The translations under genes were made by a program, and so were the position numbers. DNA of 64,000 nucleotides from Rebecca billardiae RCC1528 (lineage: Eukaryota > Protista > Haptophyta): positions 2,294,001-2,358,000 of the forward strand of contig OZ251223.1 in assembly GCA_965240325.2 (NCBI GenBank). The letters run 5' to 3'. The first letter of the stretch is position 1; every line of letters starts with the position of its first letter. The notes below the pieces were generated by a model. The model saw only the letters and a program-made list of their open reading frames with translations. It was not told the DNA's origin and did not search any database. Of this stretch, positions 54,282-64,000 are shown piece after piece.

Positions 54282-55135
54282 ATTATGTAGCGCCACGACT
54301 GTCAAAACAAATCGGCTCGCGTCAACTTCGCGACAGACGTTCGTCAGTAGTCTAATTATAATCTAATCCCAACCCCCTTGCTCTAATCTCGCCTGCCTGA
54401 GCTGTGTGCGTCTCTTATTCTTAGTAAACTGTACAGTTCACTACTGTCTACTGTCAGTCAGACTGTGACAGCCGACCGACTACGACTTACGAGTACGACT
54501 CAGGCGTGCCCTGATAGGCTTCAATAGCGGCTTATTTATAGCGCGGTCTGGCCGTACTAGACTCTAGAGTCAAACTCTCAATCTGTCCAGGGCTATCTCA
54601 CTACTATCTGCCCGCCTAGACTATCAGATGACAGATTCAGTTTCAGAGTGGCTCCGTCTGTCCGAGTCCGTGGGGCCGTGGCCGTGGGCGTGTAGCTACC
54701 CAGCTAAGTAAATACTGATAGCTATATACTACTAATACTTGAAGCGATGAGTCGAGCCGATTAGTCGATGACTGATCAGCATCATATTTGATTTTGACAG
54801 TAGTATCATACTGTCAGCGAGCTACTGTGTCACTCAAAATCGATGGCGGGTCTGCTGACTGCTGTCTCGTGCAGTCGGTGCCAGTAAGTCGCGCGGACCG
54901 CTGTTGGCGCTCGACTCACTCCAAGTCCAAGTCCAGATCCGAGATCGACCTGTCAAAACATTGCACCGTCCTCCGCTGCGAGACGGATTCCTCGGATTGC
55001 TCGCGCGGCGCTGTGACTGTGAAGCGTGAGGATTCTCAGCCCGGCCCGTCTTCCCCGCGCGCCCCATCGAGCGACGCCCGTGCCCCCTTCTGTCCTTCAC
55101 GCCTCGCCGTGCGGCCGCCGGGTGCCATCCTGCCT

Positions 55136-57397
55136 TCACCTTGCGTGCGCGTGCGACGAGCACTGCATCATGGGGATGGTCGGGTAGAGCGGGCCCACAT
55201 ATTTGGACGGGTGCAGCATGGCGGACTTGTACTTCTTGAAGATCGAGGTGGAGAGCGCGAGGTTGTGCGCGGTGTGCAGGATGGCGATGTCGATCGCGTA
55301 CAGCGGCCTGTTGTGCCCGAAGTAGCTCTCCGAGCAGCACTTGCGCACGAGCACCTTGAAGAAGGGCCAGCGCGCGCTGTTGTCTGCGTACGCGTCGGCA
55401 AACGCGCGGAAGTCGTCCGCCTCGAGGAAGATCTGCGCGCGGTGGGCGCGCGGGGCGCAGGCACGGGGGCGCAGATCAGAGCACGGCCCGGCGCACCCAG
55501 ACCGGCAGCCATGGGCGCGCAGGGCGCCCATGGCCGCGCGGCGCGGCGCGGCGCGCTCACCTCGTAGTTGTCGACCATGCTCACGACCGCGCGCTCGAGG
55601 CCGATGCGCGAGAGCAGGCCCTTGCCGTCCTTCAGGAACGGGTCCCAGAGCCGGCCGACCCAGTTCTGCGGCAGGCGGAACGTGTCGCCCTTCTTCGTGT
55701 CCGCGACCGTGTACGTGTACAGCTGCCACGGCTCGCCGAGCTGCGGGATGTTCATGCGCAGCTCGGCGTTGGCGACGGCGCCGTCGAGCAGGTCGACGAG
55801 CTCAGCGCCGCGCAGGCCGCGCGAGATCATGCGCTTGGTCTGCTGGTACGTCTGCGTGCGCGTGTCGAGCGGCGAGAGGCAGAGCTCGACCTCGAGCACC
55901 ACGTCGATCGGGCCGGCCATCGCCTCCTCAGACCCGTCCTTGGACACGATCGTCGCCGGCTTGCGCGTGAGTACGCGTCTGCGCGTCGGTTGGCGGTGCG
56001 CGCGCACGCGCGGGCAGGCGCAGAGGAGGGTTGATCAGCCGCTGCAGGGCGCGGGCGGAGGCGCGCGCTGCCGATGGCATGGCCCGAGGGGCTGCGGCGA
56101 GCGCGGCGCAGGCGCGGCACCGCACCCGCCGCTGAGGTACGTGACGCTGAGGATGCAGTTGTTCACGAGCGGGTGCTTGAGCGACGAGCCGTGCACCGGC
56201 ACCATAACGGCTGCGCCCGCGGTGATGTACTTGTAGTTGGGGTGCACGAGCAGGGTGCGGCCGGTCGGCTGCAGCTCGGTCAGCAGGTCAGCAAACACCG
56301 TGCCCGAGCGCACGATGACGCTGCTCTTCGAGGTGCGCACGATGCCGCGGTGGTTGCGCATGTTCACGAGCAGCTTACCTGCGCGCGCGAGGAGGGGCGC
56401 GCGCCGAACGCGTTGGCGTCAGCACCGCACCGCACCACGCGCCCCGTCCGAGCCGGGCGCAGCGCGGCGCGCGACCGCGCCGCACGGCCGCGCACTGCTG
56501 CGCACCTGGGAACTGCTGCTTGTAGTACTTGACGACAGCGCCGCGTCCGAGCACCTGGACGTGCTGCACGTTGTGCGGGCTGCACAACGCGAGCACGTCC
56601 TCCTCTGTCTGCGGCGTCACGCACCCGGCGAGCCAGCCGCGGAAGTAGCAGCACAGCGCGGCGAGGGCGTACATGAGGCAGCACAGCGCGAGCCGCGCTG
56701 GCGCGCACAGCGCGTGCACGACAGCCGCGCCGATGGAGCTCGTCGAGTCCGTGCAGCCGATCGCATCGCGCACAGGGCGGAGCGGCCCGAGCACACAGTG
56801 CGTGCGCAGCCCGTCGCCCTCCTGCATCGCGATCTGCATCGTCGCGCTCACGAGGTCGTGCACGTCGATGAAGCAGCGCCGCAGCTCCGCTGGCACGAGC
56901 GCAGGCGCGAGCGCGAGGCGGTTGAGCAGGCGCTGGTGCAGGAGCGCGTCGTCGCCGACGACAACGCTTGGCCGCACGATCCGGAGCCGCCGCGGCTCGT
57001 CGCACCAGTGGTCGCGGTAGAAGGCCTCGCACTTGCGCTTGGTGTCGATGTACGACGTCGAGAGCAGCGAAGAGTCGAGCATCACGACCCAGCTCGAGAG
57101 GAAGACGAGGCGAGGGATGGCGAGGGCGTCGATGATGCGCGCGACATGGCGCGCCATCAGAAGGTCCTTGGAGCCGTACGTCGTGCTGAACTGCACGGCG
57201 AAACGCCACTGGCCCGCGTGCTCCGCGCCCTGCAGCGACGCGATCAGCTTGTCCACGTCCGCAGCGTCCAGCAGGTTGCATGCAGAGCTCGAGATCACGA
57301 CGGGCTCCAGGCCGGCATTCTCAAGGGCGTCGATGAACTTGCGCCCGATCGCCGAGCGGCTACCCAGGACCAGAACGCGCGAGCGCTCCGTCGACAT
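55136..57397 (-). CDS. Fusion of an extended-SDR/epimerase domain and an FAD-binding (PCMH, VAO/ALO-type) oxidase; introns 56379-56505, 55979-56125, 55433-55560
   Basis: SDR: VLVLGSRSAIG, LVFLSS, YIDTK and IVRPSVVVG. FAD oxidase: PQTEEDV, VIVRSGT, ITAGAAVMVPVHGSS, VVLEVEL and terminal HPSK. Three GT-AG introns give a continuous frame. Confidence 0.8.
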
Positions 57398-57755
57398 CTC
57401 CTCGGCGGCGCCGCGCTTTCGCAAGCGCGCCGTTGCTTCCTGAACCCCAGCGGATTCCAACCGCGCAAGCGCCGCCCCTCCGCCTGGCCAGCAAGCGGAG
57501 GGGTTCCTGAGCGAGCGCTTCCACCTATGAAACAATTACCCATATATTCGAATTGCGGTAAGTCAATAAGTCGAATATCGGTAAGTAGCGGCGGGCATAG
57601 CCAATCAGCGACCATGCAGCCGCTTTTCGATAATCGACCACGCCAGGCTGATGAACAGGCAGCCCGGATTTGCCGGACTTCCGCAACTCTTTTCCCGCGC
57701 AAACTCATTTTATTCCGCGGGGCGGCCGTGCGCGTTTCTTGCGCCCGCAATTCAA

Positions 57756-58529
57756 ATGGCGGCCGTGCCGATGCACCGCGTCCTCGAGCCCGGCCGGTCG
57801 TGCCTCAAGGTGACGTCCGCGCTCGACGCGAACATCGAGCCGCGGCGAGCTGGGATTACCATCAAGCAGACTCCTGAAAAGATGATCATCTCGCCACGCT
57901 CAGAGATGTCCAGAGAGCTGTTCTACTCGGACGATGATTATGCACGATTCCACCGCGAGGCCATGTCCCTGCGCTGGCTCCTCGATGGTGCCACCACACC
58001 CGAGGCGGAGCTCGCATACCGCAAGAGCCTGGGCACCGACGAGGAGGCGAGACCACGTGCCAGTTCGCCGCCCCGAGAAGCGGCTCCACGCACCGACGCG
58101 CACGACATGCAGGCGTCGCCACCGCCGTGCTCAGACGAGGATGACCATGTTCGTGATCGTGGTGCGGATCGATCGCCGCTGCACAGTCCTCCGATCGCTC
58201 CGGTACAAAAGCGTGCGATACTTGGTGTCTCGAGCGTCGTCAGCTCCAGGGCCAAGCCGGAGTCATCCGCAGGAGGTGGCGGTGAGCGCAAGACGCGACT
58301 GCAGCTGGAGATTGAATCTCTCAGCATGCACGACCTCAAGGACAAGATCAAGGTGTGCAGTGCGAGCGCGAGCGCGGTGCGACCCATGCAGCGTCTGCAT
58401 ATCGCGTAACTCCTACCTGACGCCAAAGCGCCCCCGATGCCCACTCTCTCTGCGCGCCGATAACAGGAGATCACCCGCCGCCGCCGCGAGCGCGCTCGGG
58501 CTTCGGGTCCGTACGCGCTGTCGCGATGA
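57756..58529 (+). CDS. Hypothetical protein; intron 58353-58466
   Basis: Host-like codon usage, motif ELFYSDDDYARF, and AAG|GTGTGC ... AACAG|GAG splice sites. Confidence 0.6.
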
Positions 58530-59714
58530 GATCTCCTCCGTTCTCTGGGAGACACTACGAGCACTCCATTGGTGACGTACGCGCTCTGGTTATGGCGTGG
58601 GCGGCTACCGCACCGACGTGCGGTGTCATCACCGAGTGGGCGTTAGACTGCTTTCGGCAACAAGTTTCGCGCGCGCCCCTCGAGGCTGATCAGTATTCAG
58701 TGAGTGATCGGATCATCGCGTCACGTCCCCACTCCTCGGCCCGGGTCCCGGCCGGTGAATGGCAACTGAATCCGGAATCATCGGACCGCCGATCGTCCAT
58801 CGCAGCTCCATCGCATCCGAGATTTCGATCGCGGGGCTTCTTGGTGGCATCAGCAAGCCCCGGCTGACTCCCGTGGCGGGCCGGCGGCCCGCGGGCGCGG
58901 GGGCCCGCGGGCGCCCGCGCCGCGCGGTACACAGTGGCCTTTACTTAATTCAGCGGCCGGTTGGTTGGTAGTGGCGCCGGCGGACCCGCGCACTGGACGG
59001 CACTGGTCCGCCGGACCCGTTCATTGCATAGTATCAGAATGCAGCGCGGCTGGGTCGGGTCAAGACTCAAGTGGGAGATATAGTAGCCCCAATACCGCAG
59101 CCCGGCCAATGATTAACTATAGTGCCCGCGAGAATAGTGGCACCGCACGGGTCTGACAGGAGACTGGCCACTCTGGGCCAGAGTCTCGCGGCCCGCGCAG
59201 TAGCGACGCTATTAGCCGTAGTAGCGGGCGCGGCCCCGCGGAATCCCGGATTCGGAATGCGCTGCCCGCTGCTAGTTATTGAAAAGTTGTACGATTATGA
59301 TGGCCTGGTTATTGGCGGTAATTAAACCGTGTCACCGTAACGAGCTAAGACAGACAGAGTCTCACGGTCAGAGCTAGGTTAAAGTAGGTTTCGGACTCCG
59401 ACGTGGACGTGTACTCCGGTATCGCCGGACCGAATCCGACTACTGACTAGACCTAGTCCGAGGGCGACGGTTCCCGCACTCCGCAGAAGTCCTATCCGAC
59501 TGGCCGCTGCCAGTTGCCAGTTGGCACTTGGTTGGCAGCATGCATCACTATTCACTAGTACCAGTACTGTTAGTACTAGACACCGTAGTCGGCTTAGCCG
59601 TAGGCGGGCGGGCGTAGCTACAGCTACAGACTAATAGAGTACGGTGAGCTAACTCTGCCGCGCCGCACTAGCCGATCATCATCATGTTGGAACCGCCGCT
59701 GCCGGAGTCTGAAC

Positions 59715-62700
59715 CTGTGGATTCATTCTCCTGGTGGCTCATTGATAATTACCATTTGTCCGCGGGAATACGATACTGTATGATACATACATTGATTGAA
59801 ACATGATGAAGATAAACTACGACGATCAGGTTTACGAAGCGGTGGATTCATTCTCCTGATGGCTCATTGATGAACACCATTTGTCCGCGGGTACGATGCA
59901 AAACAGGAAGATAAATACGCCGCCTTTGGCGTCCTTGATGATCGGAGAAAGAGCCGCGAGCTCGTGGCGAGTGGTAAAGAGTCCGGTCACACGCGACCCG
60001 CCTCCATTCTCCAATCCCAGCTTTCGGCATACAGTACGCGGGTACGATAAATTACCGCAAGATAAATACGACGAGAGTCGTTGCGGCGGCGAGGGCATAT
60101 TTATTTTATTATGGTCACACATGAACGAGAGTCTGCCCACAATTACCCAGCCTCGCGCACTTGGGCGTGGGTTTCGTTGATTCCTCTGTTCACTATTCGA
60201 GACGCCAGACGGCGGGCGCGACCTTTTTCGACGCTTATCCACATGTGTTAAGCCTGGGGTCTCAAAAATTCGTGAACTCGGTCTCCTGTAGCCCTGGAAA
60301 ATACCACCCCACGGGTCCCTTAGTATACTTTGTCTTTGACGATCAATAATGACCGCGTTCCGCGGTCCTTCCGTAGAACCAACGCAGTTAGGGGCCCGCG
60401 GTGCACCCTCCGTCGGCTGCTGTCAGTCTGACATGCGTAACAGTTCGCCTGAGCTGCCACCGCCAACTCAGTTGCCGCCCACCGGGCCGGCGGGCCGAGT
60501 CACTGTCGCCGACGCCGACGCGCCGCCCGGGCCGCGCGGGGAAGCGGCCGCCGTGGCGCGGGCCGGCGCGTGCGCGCGTGCGGGCGCACCTGCTTGAGGT
60601 GCTCGCGCTGCGCCATGCGCTCGACGACGGGCCGCTGGTCGCTCAGCCGGCTCGCCTCGTGCCGGCAGAGCGAGAGCGCGCGCCACGCGGCTGCCCCGGC
60701 CTGCCGCTGCGCAGCCGCGCACCGAGACCGAGGCCGAGCGGGAGCTCGGGGTGGAACGAGGCGAGCGGGGCGTCGCGCCTGCCGCCGCGCGTGCGCGCCT
60801 GCTCCACCGCGCCGCCGTGCTCGCCCGCCGCCTCCTCCGCCGCGTCGGCGGCCTCGAAGACGGCGGCGGCCAGCCAGCGGCAGGCTCGGAGCCCGTGCGC
60901 GCTCAACCGGCGCCGATCGCCTCGACGGCCGTCTACTCCACAGCTGGCTGCTCGAGCTGCTGCACGGGGCGTCGCGACGAGGGCGCCGCGCGCGCCCAGC
61001 GCGTCCGTCGCCGCGTCGCGCAGCGCGTCGAGCTCGGCGCCGCGCTTCGCCAGCTCGGCGCACAGCGCCTCCGCGCACACGTGCTGGCATGCAGCACGGC
61101 CTCTCTAGTCTCTGGCATCAGTGTCTGTGTGACGCCGCCCATCCGTGCGCGCGCAGCTCGGCTGCAGCTCGGCTGCAGCTCGACGGCGGACTCGTCGCGG
61201 CTGGCGGCGAGGGTGCGCAACGCGTCGACGGCCGAGGCCTGCAGCCCGGTGATCGCCGCGTCGACGCGCGCGGCGCATTCCCCTCGCAGCTCCTCGCGCT
61301 GGCCGCGCTCGCGTGGCAGCAGTGTCTCATGCGAGCGTTCGGCACTGGCTGGCCGTCCGCTGCTCGTCCTCACGCTGCTGCACCTCAGCGCCGCCGTCGA
61401 CCGAGTTGAGGAGGAGCTCGCGCTCGGCGTCGAGGAGCGAGCTCGCGTGCTCGAGCTCGCCCTTCAGCTGCGCGAACTCCGGGCGCATCCGGCTCATCTC
61501 CGCTGCGTGGCTCCGGGCGCGCTCCGATCCTCAAGGCGTCGCCAACGAGCTCGTGAGCGTGCTCCGGACTCGGCTCGCCCTTGCGCGCTCCTCCTCGAGC
61601 GACGAACGCGCCCGCGGGCAGGCTGTTGACCGCCGCCTCCGCCGCGATCTCGCCGCCCCCGCCGCGATCTCGTCGCGCATGCTTTGCAGCGGGGCGCTGT
61701 GTGCACGCCGTCGGCACGGGCCTGGCGAGACTCTGAGGCGAGACCGCGGACCGAGACGCGCGCGACGCCTCGGGGAGAGCCGTCGGAGCGGAGCGCGAGG
61801 GCGAGAGCAGAGCGCGAGGGGGAGACCAGCGGCCGGCCGGCTCCCGCCACCGCGCGCGCACCGCGGCGTACGCGGCGCCGACACGCACGTCCCCGGCCAG
61901 GGCGCCGCAGCGACGAACGCGAACGAGCGAGCGAGCAGCCGTGGGGACTCCCTCGCTACTCGAATAAATATACGGCGCCGCGCGCGCGCCTGGCGGCTCC
62001 GAGTATCCAACTTATTCGCGTATCTAAAATCTGTTTAGTGAATAAGTAGCAAAACTTGATCACTTCCAAGTGCCCGTGTATGGCCTATGTTTCCAGCACC
62101 AAGTGATGCATCGGTAAATAACAGCGCGCCGCGCGCGCACGCAGTACGCCGACATGCAGTAGTTGAGGAGGACCCTGACCATGCACATCAACATGCACTT
62201 TCAAAAGGTTGCGCTTAGGCCCGGTTTGTAGGCGGGTAACTTGTTACGTCTTAACAAGCCGCCATAGGCGCCATTCAAAGAATCTCGTTTAACATTAGTG
62301 CACAGGCGGTTCATCCATCGAGGCAGGCGGGTAATGTGGTTGAACAAGCGCTATTCAAAAGAATCTCTTTTGATATTATAAGGCGGTTCATCCATCGAGA
62401 CAGGCGGGTAGCTGTTTAAACAAAGCGCTATTCAGAAGCATCTGGCCTCATAGCTGTTTTCGACCCAAAACAATCAAACGTCGCTCGGCAAACTCGTACT
62501 CCAGCATACAAGAATGACAAAAATACTCACTTGTTTCACCCCCGGGGTATCTGATCCCACGTCCGTCCATCGACTTATGCGGAATGGCGTGGGCGCGCTT
62601 ATTTCGTCAAGCGCGTAGTTGCTAATGCAGAGCACTATGGGCCAACGTACCCCTCGAAAAAGCGAAAACTCACCCTCCAACACCCCTCAAAATCGTCCCC

Positions 62701-62923
62701 CGTCCCCTTTTCTTTGATCAAATGAGATCTTTTTGACAACGTAGTGAGGGCCCCCGGCGGGGCTCCACGCTACGCGCTCCGCCCTACACCGCGGGCCAAG
62801 ATCTTTTTGAAACGTAGTGGTCAGTGAATAGTGGCCCGCGTCGCGCGCGGGGCCGTCGCAGGCCACGCTACGGCCCGGCCGCCGTTCCGCGCCGCCCGCC
62901 GTGCAGCCGACCGCGCGGGCCAT
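59715..62923 (+). mobile_element. Family A variant (59715-60346 + 62799-62923) interrupted by a full family A copy (60349-62798)
   Basis: The outer parts match the reverse complement of 11808-12230 and rejoin at GATCAA|AGATCTTTTTGAAACG. The inner copy is collinear with 9386-11748 and has an ~80-95-bp tandem repeat at 62230-62440. Confidence 0.7.
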
Positions 62924-62930
62924 TAATCAT

Positions 62931-64000
62931 TATGGCGCACGGCCCCCCCCCGAAAGGTCTGAGCGTGAGCGAAAGCCGGGGGGGGGGGGCGGCGCACGTG
63001 CTCCGCAAAATCAAAAAGAGGATGCGCGCAGGATTTTGGGGATTTTTCGGTAGGTGGCCACCGCGTATGAGTGGATATCGCTGCCGCAATGATTGCGTTT
63101 GTACTGCCCCTTAATTTTAACGATAGTAACACTTAGGGGAATGCAGGATGGAATAGCACATAACACCAGCCGTGTGTTAGAACATTCCGTCATAGTAAGA
63201 TGCCTGAATTGTAAGAGCCTGAAACAGCTCGCCAACCATAGAAACGATAGGTTGGGTCGTCAGCTTTGATTCACGCGCTTCTGAAAAACAGCGTTTTAGA
63301 TTAGACGCATCGACACCTCTATCTGCGAGGATTAACAGCTCTCTGAAAACGAGTGTGTCCTGGACAACTTGAAAGGCGGAATACAATGTGCAGTTGTGAC
63401 CCAAGATTCTCATGCCCATATCAAGCATGAGTACTCATAGCACAATTCATCGGTGACTAGAATCAAGAGATCTTCAACTGAAACGTGATTTGGACGTCGA
63501 AGAGGCACGCACGGCCCAAGGCCGAAGAGGCACGGCTCGTTGCTTGCGGTTGGCAATGCGGGGTCTGCGCGGTGCGACGGGGAGCATTCCTTCTCCCGGG
63601 CGGCCACCACGGCCTCGGAGGTGGTGAGGAACGCGTCGGCGACCACGGCGTGGACCACCTCCGTCGCGCCGGACACCCCGGTCGCCCCTCACCGGACTCC
63701 ACCCTCGCCGCGCGCTGACCGTTTGCCGGTCGAGCCGTGCTTGCTGTGCTGCCTGCGCGGCCCGGCGCGTGCCCCCGCGTGGTGCCACAAGGCGGGTGCA
63801 GACGTGGCGGCGCGGTGGTGCGTGCGATCGGGGGACCCCACCTGAACTACGACACGGCTGCGCGCGCTCATCCGTGCTCATCACGGTGGTGGACGCGCGA
63901 CTCGACGCGCGCATCGAGCGCGGCAGGCCGGCACGGCTCGGCTCGGCAGCCTGCTCGAGGCGCGAAGGCGCGCACCGCGCGCTGCCCGTGGGCGCGACGA
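62931..64000 (+). mobile_element. Start of another repeat element (TATGGCGCACGG terminus); the extent beyond 63014 is inferred
   Basis: The first ~80 bp match 4225-4302 and are followed by an AT-rich, stop-riddled segment. Confidence 0.5.

Overview
Eukaryotic nuclear DNA with very GC-rich genes, short GC-rich GT-AG introns and (TA)n microsatellites. The gene content (plastid-type PPR, dynein-arm assembly factor, TM-TIR protein) fits a flagellated alga with a complex plastid, most likely a haptophyte such as a Pavlovales species (inference only). About 15 host genes are recognisable: MYND-finger protein with an in-frame TGA, PPR, coiled-coil protein, DNAAF2/Kintoun, cyclic-nucleotide-binding K+ channel, DBH-like copper monooxygenase, secreted extensin-Hint (Hog) protein, TRF4/TENT4, prominin-like protein, amino-acid transporter, RING-TPR-J fusion, MARCH-type RINGv, XopQ/HopQ1-like hydrolase-6TM-TIR fusion, SLC35C2-like transporter, and an SDR/FAD-oxidase fusion. 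They are separated by nested, mostly non-autonomous mobile elements: (TA)n-associated RLE LINE fragments, a tRNA-derived SINE, a Helitron-like PIF1 fragment, several TIR families and two long inverted repeats. The best candidate for an undescribed system is the single membrane protein joining a XopQ/HopQ1-type nucleoside-hydrolase domain to an apparently catalytically dead TIR-like domain (43291-46581). All family assignments come from motif recognition by eye; no database search was run.
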